A program made the translations under genes and the position numbers. 64,000 nucleotides of DNA from a virus: the IMG/VR virus record IMGVR_UViG_3300042465_003746, positions 1 through 64,000 of that record; one strand, 5' to 3'. Below, piece after piece: positions 54,978 through 64,000 of this stretch (positions are counted from its first letter, which is position 1; each line of letters begins with the position of its first letter). The notes below the pieces were generated by a model. It saw only the letters and a program-made list of their open reading frames with translations. It was not told the DNA's origin and ran no database searches.

Positions 54978-55790
54978 ATGTCTTTAGTTCCTAAAATATC
55001 TCTTACTTTAAGTAATAAATGTAACAAAGTAACCCTTAATGAGGAAACTAGTGCTTACTCTTTAACTAATACAGGAGGATGGGGAGGTCCTAATATAGAT
55101 ACTTCAGATATAGATGTAGCAACTGTAAATGTTTTTCCATTTACTTATAGTTCTTTAACTAACGCTGTAGGTCTAGGAGATATCTCAGGAGTTATATTTA
55201 CTGATACTACACATCTTTCAGGAATATTTACAGTAGGACAAACTTTAACGGGAATAGGAGTAACTCCAGGAACTGTTATTACAGCTTTACTAACAGGCAC
55301 AGGGGCTAACAATGGAGGTACTTATCAAGTAAGTATTTCACAAACAGTAACCACTACTCCAATCACAGGAGCTAGTGTTTTAGCACAATTTATATTAAAG
55401 AATTCTACTATTGATGTATACCCAAGTTTAACGCCAGCTCCTTTTATTGCTATATCAGAAGCTAATTGGGCACAGCCTGATGGTGTTTACCAAGTTATAT
55501 ATTCTGTAACATCAGGAGTAACTGAATATAAAAATGCTACACAACACGAACTATTCTTATGCAATCTATGTAATTGTAAAGATAGACTTGTTGTAGCTTT
55601 AATTGATGCATGTGATTCTATCACTGTAAAGAAATTAAAAGACCAAGTAGATCAAATGGAAATCTTTATCTACGGAATACAATCTGCATTTGCTTGCGGA
55701 GATTTTGATACTGCTGAAGCTATACTTACTGCAGCAACTACTTATTGTCAAACAATTGTCGACTGTGGCTGCGGCTGCGGAGGCTGCTAA
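54978..55790 (+). CDS. Structural protein with Cys-rich C-terminus
   Basis: Beta-rich N-terminal part; CNLCNC and terminal CQTIVDCGCGCGGC. Confidence 0.7.
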   Translation: MSLVPKISLTLSNKCNKVTLNEETSAYSLTNTGGWGGPNIDTSDIDVATVNVFPFTYSSLTNAVGLGDISGVIFTDTTHLSGIFTVGQTLTGIGVTPGTVITALLTGTGANNGGTYQVSISQTVTTTPITGASVLAQFILKNSTIDVYPSLTPAPFIAISEANWAQPDGVYQVIYSVTSGVTEYKNATQHELFLCNLCNCKDRLVVALIDACDSITVKKLKDQVDQMEIFIYGIQSAFACGDFDTAEAILTAATTYCQTIVDCGCGCGGC

Positions 55791-55800
55791 TATAATTATT

Positions 55801-56301
55801 ATGTGCGGATGTAAAGACTGTCAAGGTATAACACTATTAAAAGGTACAGATGGAAACGGTATTGTTTCTATTACTGATAATGGTGATGGTACGTTAACTA
55901 TTTTATATACAGATGGCACTATATATATTACTCCTAATTTTACGGGACCTCAAGGAGAACAAGGTGTTCAAGGAATACAAGGTCCAGCGGGAGTTAATGC
56001 CTTTAAATTTACCCAGCAATTTACAATGGTTGAAGGTAGTTCAGTAACTATTGCAAGAAGTGCTTTAACAACTTGTGGAGTTATACCATTAGGTTGTTTA
56101 GGACGTAGTACAAGTGCTTCTTTGATGGATTTACATATACAAATATGGACATCAAATGCAGAAGTGGTTACTACTACTTGGGCTAGAGAAGATGTTAATA
56201 ATACTTTTTCTATAACAATTAACGATGTAACAGGATTAATTACTATTACTAGAGTAGTAGGAAGTATAGACTTATATGTACGAGTAGTAATATTAGCTTA
56301 A
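55801..56301 (+). CDS. Short collagen-like fibre protein 1 (start 55801)
   Basis: MCGCKDCQGIT start; GPQGEQGVQGIQGPAG. Confidence 0.75.
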   Translation: MCGCKDCQGITLLKGTDGNGIVSITDNGDGTLTILYTDGTIYITPNFTGPQGEQGVQGIQGPAGVNAFKFTQQFTMVEGSSVTIARSALTTCGVIPLGCLGRSTSASLMDLHIQIWTSNAEVVTTTWAREDVNNTFSITINDVTGLITITRVVGSIDLYVRVVILA

Positions 56302-56322
56302 TTAATATAAATAATTAAAAAT

Positions 56323-56934
56323 ATGTGTGGTTGTAAAAATTGTCAAGGTATTACTTTTTTAACAGGAATCGATGGAAGAGGAATAGTAAGTATTACTGCT
56401 CAAGAAGACGGTACTTTTATTTATTTATACACAGATGGTACAACATACACTAGTCCTGATTTAACGGGCCCAGCAGGTCCAGCAGGAGTAAGTAACTTTG
56501 TTTTGTTTAATGAAATGCCTATACAGTTTGATATTGAAATGCCAGGAGGATATCCTTTTATTTCAGGTACAACTTATTCGGTAGCTGCAGGAGTTTTACA
56601 AGAAGTAGCTCCTTTAACTTTAACAGTTATAGAAGCAGGTAATTATATTGTAAATGCAGAAGTAGTTTTTGATGCAGGAAGTCCTACTCCTAAATGGCTA
56701 GGATATGAAATTAGAGTAAATGGAATAGTAGTTCCTTTTACAACAAGATCAATTAGAATTACAGGAGGAACTCCTGCCGATGTTATAGGATCTTATTCAG
56801 TAAATGCAGAAATAGTAGGACTTTCTACAGGAGATACTATTTCATTTTGGGCAGCAAATATAGATGATAATCCTCCTCTAACTACTTTTGGTATTTTAAT
56901 ATTAGGTGGGTCAATGACTGCAAGAAGTTACTAA
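56323..56934 (+). CDS. Short collagen-like fibre protein 2 with C1q/BclA-like head
   Basis: MCGCKNCQGIT start; GPAGPAG; AGNYIVNAEV...LSTGDTISF. Confidence 0.7.
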   Translation: MCGCKNCQGITFLTGIDGRGIVSITAQEDGTFIYLYTDGTTYTSPDLTGPAGPAGVSNFVLFNEMPIQFDIEMPGGYPFISGTTYSVAAGVLQEVAPLTLTVIEAGNYIVNAEVVFDAGSPTPKWLGYEIRVNGIVVPFTTRSIRITGGTPADVIGSYSVNAEIVGLSTGDTISFWAANIDDNPPLTTFGILILGGSMTARSY

Positions 56935-56987
56935 AAACTATTTAAAAAAAATATAATATATAATATTAAAAAAATAACTTTGTATAA

Positions 56988-57590
56988 ATGGGATGTCCTA
57001 ACGAAATATTATTTGGATTTAGTATGCTGGGGAAACCTGATATTGTAATAGGACCTTATGCTATAACTCCTACGGGAACTTATAATGGACAATCTTTTTA
57101 TACTTGGTTTGATGTAGATGCAGGTGTTGATTTTATATTAAGATGGGATATTACAAATAATCGTTGGGAATTAGGTGTACCTAATTTACCTTATTCAGAT
57201 TTCGAACTTCAAGCTTATTTAGCTTACGATCTTTTTATAGAATGCCCATTAGACCCAACACAACCTTTTAAATGGGAAGTAGTAAGTGGAGAGTTATTTG
57301 ATTATAATACTTCTTTTGGAGACCCTATTCCTGTAGAAGGATTAACTCCTGAACAAGAATGTTATCCTATATTAGTTTGGAATACACAATGTGAGTTTGC
57401 CCAAGCAACTTTAAAGTATGTACAACAAATGCAGTTTGGAATATTTTGTTGTGAGACATTAGATAAATTAAAAAATAAATATAGAGCTCTAGAAATACTC
57501 AACTGTTATGATGTTAGAGATATTCCTAATAATACAACAGATTATAATGCTCTAACATATCAACAAATTAAAAACTTATTAAATAGTTAA
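56988..57590 (+). CDS. Hypothetical structural protein
   Basis: 200 aa, acidic and aromatic, several Cys. Confidence 0.65.
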   Translation: MGCPNEILFGFSMLGKPDIVIGPYAITPTGTYNGQSFYTWFDVDAGVDFILRWDITNNRWELGVPNLPYSDFELQAYLAYDLFIECPLDPTQPFKWEVVSGELFDYNTSFGDPIPVEGLTPEQECYPILVWNTQCEFAQATLKYVQQMQFGIFCCETLDKLKNKYRALEILNCYDVRDIPNNTTDYNALTYQQIKNLLNS

Positions 57591-57592
57591 TC

Positions 57593-58189
57593 ATGGAAAT
57601 TGAAAAAAAATTCACTAGAGAAGCTAATGCTGCAACAAGTACTACTGTAGATTTATTCGTAGATAAATCAACTAAAGAATTAAAATTCTTAGATTATTAT
57701 AAACAAGAAACTATTTTAGCTGAAAAAGCTATTTATAAAGTAGTTTCTGGATATATTACTCAAGAAGATGTTGTTCTCAATGGTGGGGAATTAATAGTAG
57801 GACATACATATTTTATTTCTGACTATATAGAAGGGGATGATTTTACTAACGTAGGAGCAGACTTAAATGAGGCAGGAATAACTTTTGTAGCTACAGGAAC
57901 ACTTCCAACAGATTGGACTAATAGTAGTAGCCTTATTGCTGCAGAAGAATCTTTACCTATTTTAACTATTTTTGAAAATACTTTAGGACCTATTGCTGCA
58001 GGTTGGGATCGAGGGGATTCTTATATTGCTAGTAATGAATTATTTACTAGAGATAAAACTTGGAAAACCCCCGATGTAGCTAACGGTGCTTATTTAAATT
58101 ACCACGGTTCTTCTAGAATTAATATTTATACTACTGTAGAGGGGATTCTAGGAAGAGGATGTTCTTTCGAAATTAGAGTTTACAATTAA
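57593..58189 (+). CDS. Hypothetical structural/fibre protein
   Basis: GDDFTNVGA...FVATGT.P..W module; ends FEIRVYN. Confidence 0.65.
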   Translation: MEIEKKFTREANAATSTTVDLFVDKSTKELKFLDYYKQETILAEKAIYKVVSGYITQEDVVLNGGELIVGHTYFISDYIEGDDFTNVGADLNEAGITFVATGTLPTDWTNSSSLIAAEESLPILTIFENTLGPIAAGWDRGDSYIASNELFTRDKTWKTPDVANGAYLNYHGSSRINIYTTVEGILGRGCSFEIRVYN

Positions 58190-58201
58190 AAAATTTAAGT
58201 T

Positions 58202-58549
58202 ATGTCACAAAAACACGTAGCCATAGTCGGGCACAATAATACGCAAGCACAGGTAACTGGTCAAAATGAGTTACTTGTAAAAGTAAATAACATACCACCA
58301 GCAACAATGGTAGCAGCAGGAGTTGCTAAAACAACTACTATAGCTCGTCCTACAAATTCAGGAACAGTTGCTGCGGGAGCTAGTGCTGTTTCTATAGCTA
58401 ATGTAGGAGCAGCAAGTGGTACAGTAAAAACAATTACATTAAAAGCAGGAGAAACTGTTAACTTTGATGGAGGAGCAGTTAATAATACTTTAGATGCTAT
58501 TGCCTACAATGCAACAGGTACTGAGTTCTTAATTATAACTATTTTATAA
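58202..58549 (+). CDS. Small beta-rich structural protein
   Basis: Ala/Thr/Gly-rich 115 aa. Confidence 0.65.
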   Translation: MSQKHVAIVGHNNTQAQVTGQNELLVKVNNIPPATMVAAGVAKTTTIARPTNSGTVAAGASAVSIANVGAASGTVKTITLKAGETVNFDGGAVNNTLDAIAYNATGTEFLIITIL

Positions 58550-59100
58550 TGTCTACGCATATAGACATATCCCCTAATTTAAGTGGCTTCGGTAGAGGAC
58601 TATTTGCTCAAACTGCATTAGGAACTGCAATTACTAATACTATTGTAGAAACATCTCTTGTAGGACCTGGTGTAGGCACAATGACAGTTCCTGCTAATAC
58701 ATTTAAAGTAGGAGATAGTTTTGTCGCTAAAATGTGTGGTAATTTATCGTGTGCAAATAATGAAACAATACATATTAGAATCAAATCTGATGGTCTTACT
58801 ATAGCAGATGCAGGTGTTTTTCAAATGAAAATAACAACTAATAAATTCTTTGAACTTACTTTAGATTTTACAGTTACTAAAATAGGTGTAGCAGGAGTTG
58901 CTGAGTTATTTACAAATGGTCAATATAGTTATAATCATAATGCTGCGGGAGAAATAGCTGGAAATAATTTTGCTTTAATTACTACTACTATATTTGATAC
59001 TACTGTATTAAATACTTTATCAATAACAGCTCAATGGGGATTAGAAAAAACAGCAAATAAAATTCAATCACAGAACTTTGTTCTACAAAAAGTATATTAA
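58549..59100 (+). CDS. Putative fibre/spike head protein
   Basis: Beta-rich; TAATG coupling on both sides. Confidence 0.6.
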   Translation: MSTHIDISPNLSGFGRGLFAQTALGTAITNTIVETSLVGPGVGTMTVPANTFKVGDSFVAKMCGNLSCANNETIHIRIKSDGLTIADAGVFQMKITTNKFFELTLDFTVTKIGVAGVAELFTNGQYSYNHNAAGEIAGNNFALITTTIFDTTVLNTLSITAQWGLEKTANKIQSQNFVLQKVY

Positions 59101-60494
59101 TGAGCACTCAAATTCAAATAGCATCAAAGGCAACACCCGCAGGAATAACGGGACAAATTCAGTTTAATAATGCGGGTGCATTTGGAGCAGATTCATCTTT
59201 ATTTTGGGATAATACAAATAAACGTTTAGGAATAGGAGCAAACTCCAATTCTCCTTCAGCTGCTTTACAAGTAAGAACAAATGTAAATACAGCACACGAT
59301 GTATTTAATTTGCAGAATGGTTTATATGGAGACCCATTATTTAGAGTTAGAGATAATGCGACAGGCAGCGCAGCAAGTACTTGTTCTTTTTTTATGAATG
59401 GTCGAATTTATGGTGGTAATTCAACTTTAACATTTAAAGAATTTGATTTAGGTGGCTATGGTTTGGGAGCAAGTTATGGAGATGCTGCTAGCAATGGAGT
59501 GTGGTTAAATAATCAAGGAAATATAGGCGATGGAGTTGGCTCATCTGTAATATCAGTAAGTTCAAATGTTTACATAAATTTACAAACAACTAAAAAGTAT
59601 AAATTTGAAGCTCAAACTGGTAACTTTGGTATTGGTAATGTAGGAACTTTAGGAGCTAGACTAGACGTAAGAGCCCAAGGTGCGTTAAGTACTGATATAG
59701 CATTTAGGGTTAGGAATAGTGCTGATACTGCAAATATAATAAGTGCAAACGGAAGAGGTGATGTATTTATAGGTCTTAATGCAGGACGAATAACAACTGG
59801 TATTAATAATACATTTGTTGGTATTCAATCAGGTTTTTCTAACATAACTGGTCAAGAAAATACTGCGATTGGTACAAATGCAGGATTCGCAAATTTAGGC
59901 TCATATAATACGTATTTAGGAGTTTCAGCAGGGCAAAATGGAACAACTGCAACGGGTTGCACCTTTATAGGCTATAATGCAGGGCAAAGTTCTAATGCTC
60001 AATATGGAGTTTTTATTGGTTATTCAGCAAGCACAACGGGAGGAAATGGAACGGTAGCAATAGGATATAATGCAGGAGCAGGAACGGGGGTTCACAATCT
60101 TTCATTAGGTCAATCCTCAGGTGTAGGAATGACAACGGGAAATTATAACACACATTTAGGTTATAGAAGTGTAGCGAGTGGTATTACAACGGGAAACTAT
60201 AATAATTTATTAGGTAGCGACATAGTTGTCGGGGCAGTTTCAAACAATGCAGTACTAGCTGATAATCAAGGAAATCAAGCTATTAGAAAAGATGCTAATC
60301 ATAATGTTTTATTAGGAAAAGAAGTAGCACTTGCAACTAATGCAACAAATGGATTTGCTTATTTTCCTACGTGTGCGGGTATTCCAACGGGTGTTCCTGC
60401 TGCGAGTTTTACGGGTAAAGCACCAATAGTAATAGATTCAACAAATAATAAAATGTACATTTACACAAACGCTGCTTGGGTGGCTTTAAACTAA
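59100..60494 (+). CDS. Tail fibre/spike (receptor-binding) protein
   Basis: GQIQFNN.G.FGADS.LFWD..NKRLGIG; repeated NT.hG..AG coils. Confidence 0.8.
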   Translation: MSTQIQIASKATPAGITGQIQFNNAGAFGADSSLFWDNTNKRLGIGANSNSPSAALQVRTNVNTAHDVFNLQNGLYGDPLFRVRDNATGSAASTCSFFMNGRIYGGNSTLTFKEFDLGGYGLGASYGDAASNGVWLNNQGNIGDGVGSSVISVSSNVYINLQTTKKYKFEAQTGNFGIGNVGTLGARLDVRAQGALSTDIAFRVRNSADTANIISANGRGDVFIGLNAGRITTGINNTFVGIQSGFSNITGQENTAIGTNAGFANLGSYNTYLGVSAGQNGTTATGCTFIGYNAGQSSNAQYGVFIGYSASTTGGNGTVAIGYNAGAGTGVHNLSLGQSSGVGMTTGNYNTHLGYRSVASGITTGNYNNLLGSDIVVGAVSNNAVLADNQGNQAIRKDANHNVLLGKEVALATNATNGFAYFPTCAGIPTGVPAASFTGKAPIVIDSTNNKMYIYTNAAWVALN

Positions 60495-60498
60495 AATT

Positions 60499-60810
60499 AT
60501 GGCAATTTTAATAAAATCAAACAAAGACAAGAGTATCACAATTTCAGGTACTGAGTTAACTTTAGAAAGCATTTATGCACGACTTGAATTTGCAGCGAGA
60601 GCAGACGGTAAAACACTTGAAATAGCAGTTGTAACATACGCAAGTCAAGCAACGTATGAAAGCAACCAGCCTATCTTTACAGATGTTCAACAAGGTAGTT
60701 TTACAGTTGAGATTTTAGATACGGAATTACAAGATATCAACGCTGCTAATAAGTACGCAAGTTTAGCATTTGAGCAACTAGGCTACACAACTGAAATTAT
60801 ACCAGTATAA
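60499..60810 (+). CDS. Putative tail-fibre chaperone
   Basis: Small acidic ORF directly after the fibre gene. Confidence 0.5.
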   Translation: MAILIKSNKDKSITISGTELTLESIYARLEFAARADGKTLEIAVVTYASQATYESNQPIFTDVQQGSFTVEILDTELQDINAANKYASLAFEQLGYTTEIIPV

Positions 60811-60812
60811 AA

Positions 60813-61250
60813 ATGAAAAAGTTAATTTACATAATAGCACTAATTGCTTTAGTTATTTCTTGTACTCCACAGAGAAGATTAGAAAGATTACTTAGAAAAC
60901 ATCCTGAGCTTACTTCTATTGACTCTATTATTATTCATGATACTATTAGAGTAATAGTTCCTGAAGTACGTGTAGATACTATTGTAACACTAGAACAATT
61001 ATATGATACAGTTTACTTAGAGCAAGAACAGCTTAAAGTAAAAGTGTGGATGGATAAATATCATAAAGTTTATATCCAAGGTAAATGTGATACTGTGTAT
61101 ATTGATAAAGTAGTTACTAGAAAAATACCAATAAGAATCTACGAAAAAACACCACTGTGGAAAAAAATCCTAAACTGGATTTTTGCACTACTATTAATTG
61201 TTACTGTCTGCGTAACATTATATAAGGTAATTAAATCAAAACTTTTTTAA
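60813..61250 (+). CDS. Putative unimolecular spanin
   Basis: N-terminal lipobox LVISC, beta-rich DT-repeat middle, C-terminal TM; next to holin and endolysin. Confidence 0.7.
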   Translation: MKKLIYIIALIALVISCTPQRRLERLLRKHPELTSIDSIIIHDTIRVIVPEVRVDTIVTLEQLYDTVYLEQEQLKVKVWMDKYHKVYIQGKCDTVYIDKVVTRKIPIRIYEKTPLWKKILNWIFALLLIVTVCVTLYKVIKSKLF

Positions 61251-61251
61251 A

Positions 61252-61689
61252 ATGAAAAATTACCTAACCACTCACATCATGATTATTTTTAAAGTACTAT
61301 TAGTATTTTTTGCACCCATTTACGGAATTATAATATTAGTAGCCCTGTCAACTATTATAGACACAGGGTTTGGTTTCTGGAAAGCTAAAAAGTTAAAACA
61401 AGACATAACATCTAAAAAATGGAGATTTGGTTTTGTACCTAAAATATTAAGTTATATAGCAGCAGTAATGCTTACTTATGCATCTGACTTTTTTATAATC
61501 AATGAACTAACTAAAATGATTATTAGTGTAGAATTTTTATCTACCAAATTAATAGCTTTAATTCTTATAAGTATAGAAGTTAAAAGTATGGATGAATCAT
61601 TTGTAAAAGTTAAAGGTTGGTCATTTTTAGAAAAGATTACAGGAATGCTTAGGAAAGCTAAAGACATTAAAAAAGAAATAGAAGCATGA
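61252..61689 (+). CDS. Holin
   Basis: Multiple TMs; IDTGFG.WKA...ITS...K...Y...E..SMDE pattern. Confidence 0.8.
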   Translation: MKNYLTTHIMIIFKVLLVFFAPIYGIIILVALSTIIDTGFGFWKAKKLKQDITSKKWRFGFVPKILSYIAAVMLTYASDFFIINELTKMIISVEFLSTKLIALILISIEVKSMDESFVKVKGWSFLEKITGMLRKAKDIKKEIEA

Positions 61690-62255
61690 GTTTAACAGAA
61701 AAATATATAGAGTTTACAAAGCGTTGGGAAGGGGGATTATCTAGAGATAAGGCTGACAGCGCATCTAAGAATCCTTGTCCTACTCCTTATAAAGGTTTAG
61801 GAGGTTATCATACTAACATTGGAATTACTTACGCAGTATGGAAAAACATGTATGGTAGTGCAAATGATGCAAGATTCTTTGCTATGAATAATGAAGATTG
61901 GTTTAATGTATTTAAAACACTTTATTGGAATACAGTAAGAGCTTCAGAGTATACTTCACAAAATGTTGCAATATTTGTGACAGGTATGGCGTGGGGAAGT
62001 GGTAAGAAACAAGCAGTAACTTCTTTACAACAAGCAATTCTTAACTGTGGTATTAAAGTAGATAAAGATGGGGTACTTGGTAATAAAACTATTGCTGCAG
62101 CTAATAGTATTCCACCACAAGTATTGTTTGATGCATTAACTACAGAGAGAGAAAGATTCTTTAGATATATAGGAAGACCAGGGAGTAAGAATGCTAAGTT
62201 CCTTAAAGGTTGGTTAAATAGATTAGCAGATTATAAAAAAACATTTAGACCATGA
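61686..62255 (+). CDS. Endolysin, GH108 lysozyme with peptidoglycan-binding domain
   Basis: WEGG, T..GIT, YW, LQ...DG.LG.KT, FLKGWLNR. Confidence 0.88.
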   Translation: MSLTEKYIEFTKRWEGGLSRDKADSASKNPCPTPYKGLGGYHTNIGITYAVWKNMYGSANDARFFAMNNEDWFNVFKTLYWNTVRASEYTSQNVAIFVTGMAWGSGKKQAVTSLQQAILNCGIKVDKDGVLGNKTIAAANSIPPQVLFDALTTERERFFRYIGRPGSKNAKFLKGWLNRLADYKKTFRP

Positions 62256-62410
62256 AATTTAGAAACAATTGGAGAATAAAACATAAGCAATGGGATAAAT
62301 TATCTATTCGAGTTAGAGTAGGTAAATTAGATATCTTAACTGTTGAAGTAGATAAATCTAAATCTTTCTACATGCTTACCGTGTGTAATTTTACTATTAA
62401 AAATAGATAA
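62252..62410 (+). CDS. 52-aa hypothetical protein (not in ORF track)
   Basis: MKFRNNWRIKHKQWDKLSIRVRVGKLD...; ATGA-coupled to the endolysin. Confidence 0.65.
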   Translation: MKFRNNWRIKHKQWDKLSIRVRVGKLDILTVEVDKSKSFYMLTVCNFTIKNR

Positions 62411-62412
62411 TT

Positions 62413-62553
62413 ATGGCAAGAGTTAAAGAAGGTGGAATAGGTCGCATGTCTGCTACTAAGATATCTAGACCTAACATTCATGCTAAAACTAAGACTTCAA
62501 AATCTAAGACTTCTAAAAATTATAAGAAGGGCTACGGTGGGCAAGGTCGTTAA
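62413..62553 (+). CDS. 46-aa highly basic peptide ending KKGYGGQGR (not in ORF track)
   Basis: MARVKEGGIGRMSATKISRPNIHAKTKTSKSKTSKNYKKGYGGQGR. Confidence 0.7.
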   Translation: MARVKEGGIGRMSATKISRPNIHAKTKTSKSKTSKNYKKGYGGQGR

Positions 62554-62581
62554 TTAATAAATTTAGTGTATCTTTGTTATT

Positions 62582-63322
62582 ATGTTATCACTACAGGATT
62601 TACAAGCACAAATAGATGAAGCTCTTGCGATTAACTCCATAGAGTCATCTTACTCATATGAGTTTTACACAGACTTAATTAATGAGCAGAGATCTTTATG
62701 GCTAAGAAATGAGTATAACAAAAATAGAAGTATTGACCCTTACGTAGTTCAAGACTTAAATTGTCTAGAATTAGAAATAGTAAGTCCTATTGATTGTTGT
62801 ATAACCGTTCCTACTGGGTGCCAAGTACTACGAACTAAAAAGAAAATACCTAATACTATTGAATTCTTTTTTAATAAAGGAATAGTTACAGTTGGGCCTG
62901 CTGACATAATGCAACCTAGATTTCTTTTAATAGATTATTCTAGAGTTCCCTATGTAGGCAACGGAAGAACAACTAAGAATTCTATATATGCTTTCTTATA
63001 CGGAGGCTATATGTATGTTACTAGTAAAAATTCTAGTAGTATGATGATGAAATATCTTACTATTAGAGGAATTTTTGAAGACCCTACATCTTTAGGAGAC
63101 TTTATGAATTGTCAAACTAATAATAGTTGTTGGTCGCCATCAGACCCTTATCCAATAAATCAATGGATGTGGGCATATATTAAACCTTATATATTACAAC
63201 AGTTGATTCAGAAAGGAAGTTTTCCATATGATAATGCTAATAACGCACAAGATCAAAGAACAGATTCTCCAAGCCAAGGAGGTGGAGGAGGACCACAACA
63301 ACAACAAGGTGGAAAACAATAA
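62582..63322 (+). CDS. Tail tubular/ring protein (crAss-like)
   Basis: Q.L.CLELE, IRGIFEDP, YPI motifs; synteny. Confidence 0.65.
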   Translation: MLSLQDLQAQIDEALAINSIESSYSYEFYTDLINEQRSLWLRNEYNKNRSIDPYVVQDLNCLELEIVSPIDCCITVPTGCQVLRTKKKIPNTIEFFFNKGIVTVGPADIMQPRFLLIDYSRVPYVGNGRTTKNSIYAFLYGGYMYVTSKNSSSMMMKYLTIRGIFEDPTSLGDFMNCQTNNSCWSPSDPYPINQWMWAYIKPYILQQLIQKGSFPYDNANNAQDQRTDSPSQGGGGGPQQQQGGKQ

Positions 63323-63851
63323 TACATATTTAAAAAGAGGCAAAGGAAGATTGGCAGGTGGAGTTAAAAAAGCTGCTTTTTTTTCTTTTTATAAAAAGAA
63401 TGCAAAAGAAACTGTAATTGATCAAGTAACTTACAATGCTTTTATAAAAGATTTATTAGAAACTTATAGTACAGCAATTGTAGAAACAGGATTAGAATTA
63501 AAAATTACTAAAGTAGGAAAATTAAGAATACGCAGTAGTCATCTTAATTTTTTTAAAGCAAATGGAGAAAGATCTAAAAGTCTTAAACCAAATTGGAAAG
63601 CAACTTGGGAATTTTGGTTAACTAAATACCCAGGATTAACTAGAGATGAGATTGTAAATACAACTAATAAAAGAGTTATATATCATGAAAATGAACATAC
63701 GGATCAAGAATTCTATGAGCATTATTGGGATAAAATAACTTCTAATTTAAAATTTAAGAGTTTTTATATTTTTAAAGCTTCTAGACAATACTCTAGATTA
63801 ATAGCTAAGACAGTAAAAGACCCTAACAGAAAAGTATTTTATTATGGATAA
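63309..63851 (+). CDS. IHF-like protein of the tail module (likely GTG start at 63309)
   Basis: G.ELKITKVGKLRI, NWKAT, N.HT, FKASR. Confidence 0.6.
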   Translation: MENNNTYLKRGKGRLAGGVKKAAFFSFYKKNAKETVIDQVTYNAFIKDLLETYSTAIVETGLELKITKVGKLRIRSSHLNFFKANGERSKSLKPNWKATWEFWLTKYPGLTRDEIVNTTNKRVIYHENEHTDQEFYEHYWDKITSNLKFKSFYIFKASRQYSRLIAKTVKDPNRKVFYYG

Positions 63852-64000
63852 CGAAGCAATGGAAAACGAAGGTTCTTCTAAAGGAGTAGAATCAGTAGTA
63901 AAGATAACTCGTAAGGAGTTTGAGGACGGTAGTCATGAAGAAACTAAAGTAGAGCAAGTAGACGGAGGCTTTATCAAAACTATCTGTAAAAGATATAAAG
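63844..64000 (+). CDS. Hypothetical protein, truncated by the window end
   Basis: MDNEAMENEGSSKG... open to the end. Confidence 0.6.
   Translation, partial: MDNEAMENEGSSKGVESVVKITRKEFEDGSHEETKVEQVDGGFIKTICKRYK

Noticed and set aside
55690-55800. N-terminal extension or frameshift fusion into the fibre gene at 55801
   Set aside because: The paralogue at 56323 starts at the equivalent MCGC, and no convincing slippery site is present
2634-61667. Short antisense ORFs from the track (e.g. 2634-2849, 7634-7990, 18740-18946, 48229-48498, 61476-61667)
   Set aside because: Shadow frames inside well-supported genes on the opposite strand
1-64000. Stop-codon reassignment (TAG or TGA), as in some crAss-like phages
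   Set aside because: Long genes are intact under the standard code, TAG and TGA end genes at sensible junctions, and no suppressor tRNA is seen

Overview
A 64-kb segment of an AT-rich crAss-like (Crassvirales-type) podovirus genome, most likely infecting Bacteroidota/Flavobacteria (TAnnTTTG promoter boxes, leaders without Shine-Dalgarno sequences). Layout: (i) 1-11480 (+): the 5'-truncated giant virion RNA polymerase (DFDID) with a C-terminal NADAR domain, then a second giant virion/ejection protein. (ii) 11521-39452 (-): replication and nucleotide-metabolism arm (PolA, SF2 helicase, DnaB, primase, SSB, AAA_24, MoxR/VWA, exonuclease, RusA-like, atypical UNG, MazG, dNMP kinase), many small accessory genes, and a ~1-kb non-coding island (34385-35345) with two aberrant tRNA-like RNAs and other structured-RNA candidates. 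(iii) 39453-40072: divergent AT-rich control region with repeats. (iv) 40073-64000 (+): terminase, portal, capsid, fibre, lysis and tail genes. Standard genetic code; no CRISPR array or integrase seen. Top leads: the ncRNA island (a tRNA body carrying a 51-nt insert in place of the anticodon loop, and a covarying tandem RNA motif), a mini-protein resembling the T4-type terminase N-terminus, the NADAR-RNAP fusion, and a UNG with a remodelled active site. All family calls come from motif recognition by eye; no searches or folding programs were run.
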